A stretch of DNA of 64,000 nt, from positions 3,101-67,100 of the forward strand of contig JAFDEI010000002.1 in NCBI GenBank assembly GCA_019310425.1, read 5' to 3'. The notes beneath the pieces are model-generated. The model worked only from the letters and a program-made list of their open reading frames with translations. It did no database searches and was not told the DNA's origin. Shown one piece after another: positions 11,163 through 19,091 of the stretch (the stretch's first letter is position 1; every line of letters starts with the position of its first letter). Source of the DNA: Deltaproteobacteria bacterium (lineage in GTDB: Bacteria; Myxococcota_A; UBA9160; SMWR01). The position numbers were made by a program, and so were the translations under genes.

Positions 11163-13595
11163 TTGGCGAAGGCGCGCACGCGAAAAACCAGCACGCGCAG
11201 GAATACGGGTTCCCGCAAGAAGACGTCGCCGGCGCGCCGGCGACGTTCGTCCCGCAAGGGGCTGCCCCCGTGGCTCCGGTTCCTCGGGCTTGCACTCGCT
11301 CTCGTCGCGTTCGTCGGCGGGTTCGTGGCGGCGAGCTATGTCGTGCGCCTGGACCGGGTCGTGGTCGCGAAGTTCGCGGGCAAGCCGTTTCGCGTTCCGT
11401 CGCGGGTGTTCTCCGCGCCGACGATCGTCTACCCCGGCCTCGACCAGCATCTCGTCGATCTGCGCGGCACCCTCGTGCGTCTTGGTTATCGCGAGAGCTC
11501 GGACACGAAAAACCTCGCTCCCGGGCGCTTCGTCTGGAGCTCGGGGCGTGTTCGAGTGCACCTGCGCGCGTTCGAGCACCCGACGCGTCGGGAGCCCGCG
11601 CGCGACGTGGTGTTTCGCCTGAGTGGCAACATCATCGAGGAGATCCGGGAGTTCCCCGGCGGTCGAGAAGTCGGTGCGGTGCAGATCGAGCCGGAACAGA
11701 TCGGTGCCTACTACGGGCCGAACCGCGAACAGCGCGACCTCGTCACGCTCGACGAGGTTCCCGACCACCTGATCGACGCGGTTCTCGCGGTCGAGGACCA
11801 GCGCTTCCAGAGCCACCCGGGAATCGACCTGCGACGGATCGGCGGCGCGATGCTCGCAAACCTGCGCGCGGGCCGGGTCGCACAGGGCGGAAGTACGCTG
11901 ACACAGCAGCTCGTGAAGAACTTCTTCCTGACGCCCGAGCGCACGCTGAAGCGCAAAATGCAGGAAGCCGTGATGGCGTTGCTGGTGGAGGTCCGGTACG
12001 ACAAGGCCGCGATCCTGACCGCCTATCTGAACGAGATCTATTTCGGTCAACGTGGGCCGACCGCGATCCACGGCGTCGGCGAGGCAACTCGACTCTACTT
12101 CGGCAAGAAGCCCAGAGAACTCCAGGTCGAAGAATCCGCGCTACTGGCCGCGATCATCCAGAGTCCCAACGGCCTGTCGCCGCATCGCGGTTCGGAGCGC
12201 GCGCTTAAGCGCCGGAACCTGGTGCTCGAGCTGATGCATGAACAAGGCAGGATCGACGCGGCCACGCTCGAGCGTAGCCGCGCGATCGGGTTGCATCTCG
12301 CCTCTATCAGCCCGGATCCCGGTGACGCCCGCTACTTCCTCGACTTGCTGCGTCGGCAGCTCGCCGAGGGTTACGACAGCGAGGTACTGACATCTGACGG
12401 GCTGCAGATCTATTCGACTCTCGACCGACGGCTGCAGCGCATCGCCGCGAATTCGCTGCGCGGCGGGATCGAACAGCTGGAAAAGCGTTATCCGAAACTG
12501 AAGCGCGACGACCCCGCGAAGGCGGTTCAGGGGTGTCTGGTCGCAATGCGCCCCCAGACTGGTGAGTTGCTCGCGCTCGTCGGCGGCCGCAGTTACGGGG
12601 TCTCGCAATTCGATCGCTGTACTCAGGCGCGGCGCCCGACCGGAAGCGTGTTCAAGCCGTTCGTCTACATCGCCGCTCTCGAGCCGGTGCGCGGGCGGCC
12701 CGCCATTACGCTGGCGGACTTTCTCGACGACTCGCCACTCGAGATCTCGACTTCACAGGGTGCCTGGCGACCGGAGAACTATGACCGCAAGTTCAACGGT
12801 CGGGTCCACGTCCGAGAGGCGATCGAGCGGTCGCTCAACGTCGCGACCGCACGGCTCGCGAACGACATCGGGATCGCGCGCGTAGCGGATGTTGCGCGAC
12901 GCCTCGGCATAGAGAGCAGGCTTCCACTGGTTCCGAGCCTATCCCTCGGGACGGCGGACGTCTCTCCGATCGAGATTGCGCGTGCGTACGCGACGATCGC
13001 GAGTGGTGGGATCCGGCCGGAGACTCAGACGATCGAAGATCTGGTCGACGCTTCCGGGCAGACCCTCGAACGGCGTCGTCTCCACTTCGAGCGTGTGCTT
13101 GCCCCGGGCACCGCGTTCCTCGCGACGTCGCTGCTCGCGGGAGTCGCCGATCGTGGCACCGCGAAGGGGGTGCGGGGGACCGGGCTGCGCGGGCCGATCG
13201 CCGCGAAGACCGGGACCACCGACGGCGAGCGCGACCTGTGGTTCGTCGGCTTCACGCCCGAGCTCGTCGCAGTGGTATGGATCGGGTTCGATGAGCCCGA
13301 GAGCGTCGGGGTGCCGAGCAGTGTGGGAGCCCTGCCGATCTGGCGGAAGTTCGTCAAGGAAGCGACCGGTGGGCGGATCCGGGGCGCTTTCATGCGGCCC
13401 AAAGACGTGGAGTCGGTGGAGATCGAGCCTTCGACCGGCGCGCGCGCGTTGCCGGGGTGCCCGACCCACCATCCGGAGTATTTTCTCGCGGGGACGGCAC
13501 CGGAGCAGACCTGCCCCGACCGGCCGGAGCGCCGCAGGCGCCATCGCGAAGAGACGGAACGAGGGTTCATGAAATGGTTGCGGCGCAATTTCTGA
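11163..13595 (+). CDS. mrcB: Bifunctional class A penicillin-binding protein (PBP1B-like: TM, UB2H-like insert, glycosyltransferase, transpeptidase)
   Basis: 810 aa. Basic N-terminus plus TM segment. GT51 motifs EDQRFQSHPGID and GGSTLTQQL. Transpeptidase motifs TGSVFKP and KTGTT. TTG start directly after a G9 run. Confidence 0.85.
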   Translation: MAKARTRKTSTRRNTGSRKKTSPARRRRSSRKGLPPWLRFLGLALALVAFVGGFVAASYVVRLDRVVVAKFAGKPFRVPSRVFSAPTIVYPGLDQHLVDLRGTLVRLGYRESSDTKNLAPGRFVWSSGRVRVHLRAFEHPTRREPARDVVFRLSGNIIEEIREFPGGREVGAVQIEPEQIGAYYGPNREQRDLVTLDEVPDHLIDAVLAVEDQRFQSHPGIDLRRIGGAMLANLRAGRVAQGGSTLTQQLVKNFFLTPERTLKRKMQEAVMALLVEVRYDKAAILTAYLNEIYFGQRGPTAIHGVGEATRLYFGKKPRELQVEESALLAAIIQSPNGLSPHRGSERALKRRNLVLELMHEQGRIDAATLERSRAIGLHLASISPDPGDARYFLDLLRRQLAEGYDSEVLTSDGLQIYSTLDRRLQRIAANSLRGGIEQLEKRYPKLKRDDPAKAVQGCLVAMRPQTGELLALVGGRSYGVSQFDRCTQARRPTGSVFKPFVYIAALEPVRGRPAITLADFLDDSPLEISTSQGAWRPENYDRKFNGRVHVREAIERSLNVATARLANDIGIARVADVARRLGIESRLPLVPSLSLGTADVSPIEIARAYATIASGGIRPETQTIEDLVDASGQTLERRRLHFERVLAPGTAFLATSLLAGVADRGTAKGVRGTGLRGPIAAKTGTTDGERDLWFVGFTPELVAVVWIGFDEPESVGVPSSVGALPIWRKFVKEATGGRIRGAFMRPKDVESVEIEPSTGARALPGCPTHHPEYFLAGTAPEQTCPDRPERRRRHREETERGFMKWLRRNF

Positions 13596-14128
13596 GTGAG
13601 ACACGAAGGCGGGTTCCGTCGATCGCCCGCTTGGCGCTTCTGGCGCTCCTGGCAGGCTTCGCGGTTGCCTGCGCGACGGGCGTCGGGCCGCGCCTGTCGC
13701 GCACGCAGCCGCTGCGAATATCGGAAGTTGCGGGCCACGGCGACGCCACACGTCGCGCCTCGACTCGACTCGTCCTCAACGGCCTCGAGTCGAGCCCACC
13801 CGAGCAGGGACTGTTCGATTACGAGCGTGCGATCCAGATCGATCCGACGAACCCCTATGCCTATCTCGCGCTCGCGGCATTCGAGGTCCAGTGGGGCGAT
13901 CTAGAACAGGGTGTGGAGTTGTTGGCACAATCGGAGTTACTCTTGGAATCGGAAGGCCTGAAGTCCCCGCGGGTCGAGCCTCATCTGATCGGATTGCGCG
14001 GTCGTTCGATGCTTCGCGGCTACGATGATGTCGAGCGGCGTGCGGGTGAGTCGTGGTTGGACGAAGCACGTCGGATGGCACCAGAGGTATGGGGCGACGG
14101 CTGGCTCGGCGTGGCGGAACTCCGATAG
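13574..14128 (+). CDS. Lipoprotein with TPR-like helical repeat (possible LpoP-like PBP1B partner)
   Basis: ATG 13574 overlaps the PBP gene end by 22 nt. Signal peptide LALLALLAGFAVAC. The segment YERAIQIDPTNPYAYLALAAFEVQWGDLEQG is TPR-like. Confidence 0.5.
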   Translation: MVAAQFLSETRRRVPSIARLALLALLAGFAVACATGVGPRLSRTQPLRISEVAGHGDATRRASTRLVLNGLESSPPEQGLFDYERAIQIDPTNPYAYLALAAFEVQWGDLEQGVELLAQSELLLESEGLKSPRVEPHLIGLRGRSMLRGYDDVERRAGESWLDEARRMAPEVWGDGWLGVAELR

Positions 14129-14165
14129 GAACGACCTGTTCGGGTGTGATAGCGTTGGGAGTAAG

Positions 14166-14687
14166 ATGGCTCAGAAGTATCAAGTTGGGCTGATCGCCTT
14201 CGCGATCAGCCTTTTGCTCGATGTCGTGACCAAGTACCTGGTCAATGAAAATCTCACGTACGCCGATCGAGTTCCCGTGATAGAGGGGTTCTTTTACCTC
14301 ACCCATGTGAGGAATACCGGTGCGGCGTTCGGTCTGTTTCGCGATGCCCCAGCGGTGCTACGCCTCACCTTCTTCATCGGTGTCTCGACCATCGCGATCG
14401 GAATCATCATTCAGTTCTTTCGGCAGCTGGCCCCGGGGGATCGATTGTCTGCACTCGCGCTCGGTCTGATTCTGGGTGGTGCGATTGGCAATCTCCTCGA
14501 CCGGATTCGCCTCGGCGAAGTGGTCGACTTCCTGCATTTCATCCTGTGGGGAGGCTATCAGTGGCCCGATTTCAACCTGGCCGACAGCTGGATCGTCATC
14601 GGTGTGGCGTTGCTCGTGCTCGAACTTCTCGCGAGCGAAGGCGAGGAGCGCGCGGCGGCGAATTCGGGCGGGACGGAGAATTCCTGA
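14166..14687 (+). CDS. lspA: Lipoprotein signal peptidase (signal peptidase II)
   Basis: Start MAQKYQVGLIAF. Motifs NTGAAFG and VVDFL...WPDFNLADS are typical of LspA. Confidence 0.85.
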   Translation: MAQKYQVGLIAFAISLLLDVVTKYLVNENLTYADRVPVIEGFFYLTHVRNTGAAFGLFRDAPAVLRLTFFIGVSTIAIGIIIQFFRQLAPGDRLSALALGLILGGAIGNLLDRIRLGEVVDFLHFILWGGYQWPDFNLADSWIVIGVALLVLELLASEGEERAAANSGGTENS

Positions 14688-14833
14688 GGCCCGTAACGGC
14701 GGTTTTTTTTATGCCCGAGATTGTTCGGATCCGTTCGAGAATTTTCCTTTCGCGTCGCACTCGTGGATGTGCTTAAGGTCTACACGAACCAGTGTCGGGA
14801 ATCGGAATTGCGGGACAAACGCGCGGAGAATTC

Positions 14834-14862
14834 TTGACACTTACTTCTCTCGTGCGTTAAAA
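14834..14862 (+). promoter_or_regulatory. Candidate sigma-70-type promoter (TTGACA-17 nt-TTAAAA) in the lspA/iclR gap
   Basis: Perfect -35 hexamer TTGACA at 14834-14839, a 17-nt spacer, and a weak -10 TTAAAA. It lies about 235 nt upstream of the IclR-family gene. Confidence 0.3.
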
Positions 14863-15097
14863 GGCTCCCCAGTCACGATGAAGAATTGCCGCTTCGTTGG
14901 CGACGATTCTCACGTTTCCCGGCACTGCACGCCATCTTAGAATTTCGAAGCCCAGGTCCGAGAGAGGTTCAACGCACGTCCGATCGCTGAGCAGATGAGG
15001 AGTCCCCCAGGATCGACCGGGCAGCGAGGTCCCCCCCAGACTTTCGACTGCCCCCTGGAGGTGAGGTTCGTGGGCTATTGGGTGGAGACCCGAGCCG

Positions 15098-15892
15098 ATG
15101 AAGAAGCAGAAGAGCGAGTACCTGATTCAGACCGTTGCCAATGCGCTGAAATTACTCGAAGCTTTCCACGATGAAGAAGAATTGGGAGTCACCGAACTCT
15201 CGCGGCGGCTCGATCTACACAAAAACAACATTTTTCGGTTGCTTGCGACACTCGAGCTGCAAGGTTACGTCGAGCAGAGTTCGAGTACGGATCGGTATCG
15301 GCTCGCTGTAGGCTGCCTCGAGCTCGGGCAGGCCTACCTACGCAGCCGCGGTTTGTTGCGTCGCGCGCGCCCGTTACTCGAAGAGATTTCAGCGGAATCG
15401 GCGGAATCATCACACCTCGCGGTGATGCGTGATTTCGAGATCGTCCACCTCGACGGTGTTTCATCCGATCAACTCGTCGCCACCGGGCTGCGGATCGGGC
15501 AGAAACTCCCGGTCCACTGCACCGCACTCGGCAAGGTGCTGCTCGGGTGCTCTTCCGAAGCGGTGTGCGAAGCCTACGACCGCTCGTGCCCCCAGGAGTC
15601 GCTCGAACAGCGCACCCCAGCGACGATCGTCGACTCTCAGAAGTTCTTCGATCACCTCCGCACCGCTGTCCTGCGCGGCTATGCACTCGACCTCGAGGAG
15701 TGCGAACTCGGGCTCGCCTGCGCAGCAGCGCCGGTATTCAGCGAATCCGGCGAGACGATCGCGGCTCTTTCGATTTCCGGGCCCGCCTTCCGGCTGACGG
15801 AAGAGCGCTTGCTCGGTGAGATCGTCCCCATGGTGGTCGATGCCGCCGGCCGGCTCTCTCGCGAACTCGGCTACGTGGGCCCGGAAGCCTGA
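15098..15892 (+). CDS. IclR-family transcriptional regulator
   Basis: 264 aa. N-terminal wHTH (VANALKLLEAF...LGVTELSRRLDLHKNNIFRLLATL) and a C-terminal IclR effector domain. Confidence 0.85.
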   Translation: MKKQKSEYLIQTVANALKLLEAFHDEEELGVTELSRRLDLHKNNIFRLLATLELQGYVEQSSSTDRYRLAVGCLELGQAYLRSRGLLRRARPLLEEISAESAESSHLAVMRDFEIVHLDGVSSDQLVATGLRIGQKLPVHCTALGKVLLGCSSEAVCEAYDRSCPQESLEQRTPATIVDSQKFFDHLRTAVLRGYALDLEECELGLACAAAPVFSESGETIAALSISGPAFRLTEERLLGEIVPMVVDAAGRLSRELGYVGPEA

Positions 15893-15919
15893 TCCGCTCC
15901 CGCGCCGGCGAAGACACCG

Positions 15920-17263
15920 ATGATCGCGAAGGTCCTGGTCGCCAACCGCGGCGAGATCGCGGTGCGAATCTTCCGAGCCTGCGCGCGGCTCGGGATTCGT
16001 AGCGTCGCGATCTATTCGGACGCGGACTGCGACGCGCTGCACGTCAGGAGCGCGGACGAAGCCTATCCCTGCGGGGCCGCGCCGGCGCGCGAATCCTATC
16101 TCGACATCGATCGCGTGATCGCAATCGCGAAAAAATGCGGCGCGGATGCCATCCACCCCGGCTATGGCTTCCTGTCGGAGAACGCCGCGTTCGCAGACGA
16201 ATGCGCACGCGCGAATATTCGCTTCATCGGACCGTCGGCAGACGCCATTCGAGCACTCGGGAGCAAGCTGACGAGTCGACGGGTGGCGCTTCGGGCCGGT
16301 GTCCCGATCGTCCCCGGGGCGACCGAAGCGCTCGACGATGGCGCCGCAATCGCATTCGCTCAGCAGATCGGGTTCCCAGTGATGGTGAAAGTGAGCGAGG
16401 GCGGCGGCGGTCGCGGTCTGCGACTCGTCCGCCGCGAGGCGGAGCTTGTGGCTGCGCTGCCGCGGGCACGTAGCGAAGCCGCCGCGAGCTTCGGAAGTGA
16501 GGCCATCTACATCGAGAAATTCATCGAGCATCCGCGCCATATCGAAATCCAAGTGCTCGCAGATGATCGCGGCGGAGCGATCCAGCTGATGGAGCGTGAA
16601 TGCTCGATTCAGCGACGTCATCAGAAGTTGCTCGAGGAGGCACCCGGGAACCGCATCCCGGCAGAGCTGCGTGAGGGGATGGGAGAAGCCGCAATCGCGA
16701 TGGTGCGTGCCGTCGGCTATGTGGGTGCAGGCACCTGTGAGTTCCTCGTCGATTCCGACGGGAATTTTCACTTCCTCGAGATGAACACTCGAATCCAGGT
16801 CGAGCACGCGATCAGCGAGGAAGTCACCAGAATCGACATCGTGCGCGAGATGATCCGGATCGCTGCCGGCGAACCGCTTGCGTATCGGCAGTCGGACGTT
16901 GCGATCCACGGCCACGCAATCGAGGCGCGCATCTACGCCGAGGATCCCGACAAGAAATTCCTACCGTCACCCGGCACCATCACCGCTTATCGGGCCCCAG
17001 AGGGTCCCGGCTTGCGCGTCGACAGTGGTGTTGCGGAGGGCTCGCTCGTGAGCACCCATTACGATGCGATGCTCGCCAAGCTGATCGCGTGGGGGGAGGA
17101 CCGCTCGCAGGCGATCGAACGCCTCGTAGCTGCGGTCGCGGATTTCCGGATCGAGGGGATACGGACTTCGCTGCCGTTGCATGCGCGCATCCTGCAGCAT
17201 CCTGAGTTTCTTGCGGGGCGCTACGACACGAGTTTCTTGCAGGAGCATTTTGGCGCGCCTTGA
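15920..17263 (+). CDS. accC: Biotin carboxylase (ATP-grasp) subunit of a biotin-dependent carboxylase
   Basis: 447 aa. KVLVANRGEIAVRI, GYGFLSEN, GGGGRG, EMNTRIQVEH. Full-length AccC-like. No BCCP or carboxyltransferase gene is adjacent. Confidence 0.85.
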   Translation: MIAKVLVANRGEIAVRIFRACARLGIRSVAIYSDADCDALHVRSADEAYPCGAAPARESYLDIDRVIAIAKKCGADAIHPGYGFLSENAAFADECARANIRFIGPSADAIRALGSKLTSRRVALRAGVPIVPGATEALDDGAAIAFAQQIGFPVMVKVSEGGGGRGLRLVRREAELVAALPRARSEAAASFGSEAIYIEKFIEHPRHIEIQVLADDRGGAIQLMERECSIQRRHQKLLEEAPGNRIPAELREGMGEAAIAMVRAVGYVGAGTCEFLVDSDGNFHFLEMNTRIQVEHAISEEVTRIDIVREMIRIAAGEPLAYRQSDVAIHGHAIEARIYAEDPDKKFLPSPGTITAYRAPEGPGLRVDSGVAEGSLVSTHYDAMLAKLIAWGEDRSQAIERLVAAVADFRIEGIRTSLPLHARILQHPEFLAGRYDTSFLQEHFGAP

Positions 17264-17268
17264 GACCC

Positions 17269-17335
17269 GCGCGAGGAAAGGGGGTGCCCTCCGCTCCCTT
17301 CAAACGGTCGCGAAGGGCACCCCCTTTCCTCGCGC
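17269..17335. repeat. Hairpin repeat element, copy 1 (22-bp stem, 23-nt conserved loop)
   Basis: GCGCGAGGAAAGGGGGTGCCCT / loop CCGCTCCCTTCAAACGGTCGCGA / AGGGCACCCCCTTTCCTCGCGC. Starts 6 nt after the accC stop. Confidence 0.85.
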
Positions 17336-17371
17336 TCCGCTTCAGGCAGGTTCGGCATCCAGCAAGAGCGG

Positions 17372-17430
17372 CTCGGTTCGGGGGGCCTTTTGCGACCGTT
17401 TGAAGGGAGTGGAAGGCCCCCCGAACCGAG
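17372..17430. repeat. Hairpin repeat element, copy 2 (inverted orientation relative to copy 1)
   Basis: CTCGGTTCGGGGGGCCTT / loop TTGCGACCGTTTGAAGGGAGTGG / AAGGCCCCCCGAACCGAG. The loop is the near-exact reverse complement of the copy-1 loop. Confidence 0.85.
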
Positions 17431-17473
17431 TCGCGTTTCAGCCTGAGCGCCAAGATGTCCGGGGGTCGGGCTG

Positions 17474-18250
17474 CTAGGGGGTGTTGGGTTCGATCTTGGA
17501 GCTCGCGACTTTGGCGGCCTTGCCGCGTGCCTTCTCTCCGCCGAAGACGTAGGCGACGCCGACGCCGAGGAGATAGAGGAGCACCATCGGGATGCCGAGG
17601 AAGATCTGACTCACCCAATCCGGAGGTGTGAGGATGGCCGCCACGATGAAGACACCCATCACCGCATACGGGGTGCCGCGAAACAAGGTGGGCGCGTCGA
17701 CGATGCCCGCGATGGACAGGAAGAACACCAGCACCGGAAGCTCGAACGCAATGCCGAACGCAAGAAGGAGCCGGGTCGTGAGTGCGAAGACTTCGCGCAT
17801 CGTCCACGCGGATTCGACGAAGTCGTTGTCGAACTGCGTGAAGAAGTCGAACATCAACGGGAACACCATCTGGTAGCCGAATGCCGCGCCGGAGATGAAG
17901 AGGGCGGTCGACACCGAGACGAACGGGATGATGGCGTGCCGCTCGGATGGATAGAGTCCGGGCGCGACGAAACGCCAGATCTGCCAGAAGATCACGGGTA
18001 GTGCGAACACGAAGCCGGCCAGCAGGGCGGATTTGAGGTAGGTGAAGAAGATCTCGGTGGGCGCGATGGCCTGGAGCCCGCGGGTTCCATCGCCGAGCGC
18101 TGCCACTGCGGGCGCGAGCAGCAACCCGAAGACTTGCTCGCTGAAGTTCCACGCGACCGCCGCGCCGATCACCCAGGCGATCAGGATCCGGAAGATTCGT
18201 TTGCGCAGCTCGGCGAGGTGATCGGTCAGCGGTAGCTTGGCTTCATCCAC
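17474..18250 (-). CDS. tatC: Twin-arginine translocase subunit TatC
   Basis: GTG 18250 (VDEAKLPLTDHLAELRKRI...) overlaps the tatA end by 8 nt. Six-TM TatC pattern. The longer ORF-track N-terminus overlaps tatA and looks non-coding. Confidence 0.85.
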   Translation of the reverse strand: MDEAKLPLTDHLAELRKRIFRILIAWVIGAAVAWNFSEQVFGLLLAPAVAALGDGTRGLQAIAPTEIFFTYLKSALLAGFVFALPVIFWQIWRFVAPGLYPSERHAIIPFVSVSTALFISGAAFGYQMVFPLMFDFFTQFDNDFVESAWTMREVFALTTRLLLAFGIAFELPVLVFFLSIAGIVDAPTLFRGTPYAVMGVFIVAAILTPPDWVSQIFLGIPMVLLYLLGVGVAYVFGGEKARGKAAKVASSKIEPNTP

Positions 18251-18578
18251 CGGGGAGCTTCGCTTTCGAGGGGGTCGGAGCTTCGTCCGGCCGGTCCTCA
18301 GGCTCGGGCTCGTCCGAGGGCTGCACGAGTGGCGTCTTTGCGGTGGCCTCCTCGTTCGATGCTTTCGGCGCCGGGTCTGTTGCGCTGAGGTCGAGCGGGT
18401 CGATCTTGGCGTCTTCTGCGACGTCGAGGAACTCGCGCCGCATGTCGGTCGATGCACGACGGAATTCCGCGAGCCCGCGCCCGAGTGAGCGGGCGAGCTC
18501 GGGCAGGCGCTTCGGGCCCAGGACCAGTAGTCCGATGACCAGAATCACCATCAGTTCCGTCATGCCGATGCCAAACAC
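18243..18578 (-). CDS. tatA: Twin-arginine translocase TatA/TatB-family protein
   Basis: MFGIGMTELMVILVIGLLVLGPKRLPELARSLGRGLAEFRRA is the canonical TatA/B N-terminus (TM plus amphipathic helix). Acidic, Pro-rich tail. Confidence 0.85.
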   Translation of the reverse strand: MFGIGMTELMVILVIGLLVLGPKRLPELARSLGRGLAEFRRASTDMRREFLDVAEDAKIDPLDLSATDPAPKASNEEATAKTPLVQPSDEPEPEDRPDEAPTPSKAKLPGG

Positions 18579-18719
18579 AGTGTCGGACTTTAGCAGTCAC
18601 AGATCCACTGCGGGGCGGAAGCCGCCACGACGGGCCGGAATCGTGTGACTGAGCCGGCCGTGAGCCTGCTCGGTCAGCGGATCCGGATCGGGCTGAGCTG
18701 CGGGTGGCTCAGCCCCGGG

Positions 18720-19082
18720 TCACGCGGCGACTTTCCGGTGGCACGCGTCCGGGAGTAGTTCCAATCCGAGCCAGAAGCGCCCGTCCCGCTCGGCTCTCGT
18801 CCAGACCACGCGAGCGATGGTCGGCTCCGGGCTACCGCCGTCCACATCGCGCACACAGAGTTTGAGCAGTGCGCCGACGCGCTCTTCTCGATCGACTCCG
18901 ACGCACATCCCCATGCGGGATAGATCTCGGGTGAAGCCAAGTTGCAACCGCTGCTTGGCGGCATCCCGCGGATAACGGGAATACTCGACGATTCGGATGG
19001 TATCTTCGCGGGCCTCTCGCCTCTCGCCAGCCTTCACTGCACGCATGGGCGCTGTGCCGACTGCGAGGTTCGCTGTTGCCAC
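18720..19082 (-). CDS. PilZ-domain protein (putative c-di-GMP receptor)
   Basis: 120 aa. RxxxR motif (RREAR) followed about 30 aa later by DxSxxG (DLSRMG). Located 9 nt downstream of the HD-GYP gene. Confidence 0.6.
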   Translation of the reverse strand: MATANLAVGTAPMRAVKAGERREAREDTIRIVEYSRYPRDAAKQRLQLGFTRDLSRMGMCVGVDREERVGALLKLCVRDVDGGSPEPTIARVVWTRAERDGRFWLGLELLPDACHRKVAA

Positions 19083-19091
19083 CCCGACTCC

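Noticed and set aside
14688-14712. An intrinsic terminator after lspA (CCG-taa-CGG followed by T8).
   Set aside because: The stem is only 3 bp. The T-run alone is insufficient, so it is mentioned only as part of the intergenic-region finding.
14878-14940. A 20-codon mini-ORF (MKNCRFVGDDSHVSRHCTPS) downstream of the candidate promoter.
   Set aside because: There is no Shine-Dalgarno sequence and no recognisable leader-peptide logic. It is too short to support without conservation data.
14941-15045. Possible SRP (4.5S) RNA, because of CAGGTCCGAGAG and GCAGATGA strings reminiscent of E. coli ffs.
   Set aside because: The conserved domain IV core (GGAAGCAGCC and its symmetric-loop partner) is absent. 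I could not draw the long closing helix either.
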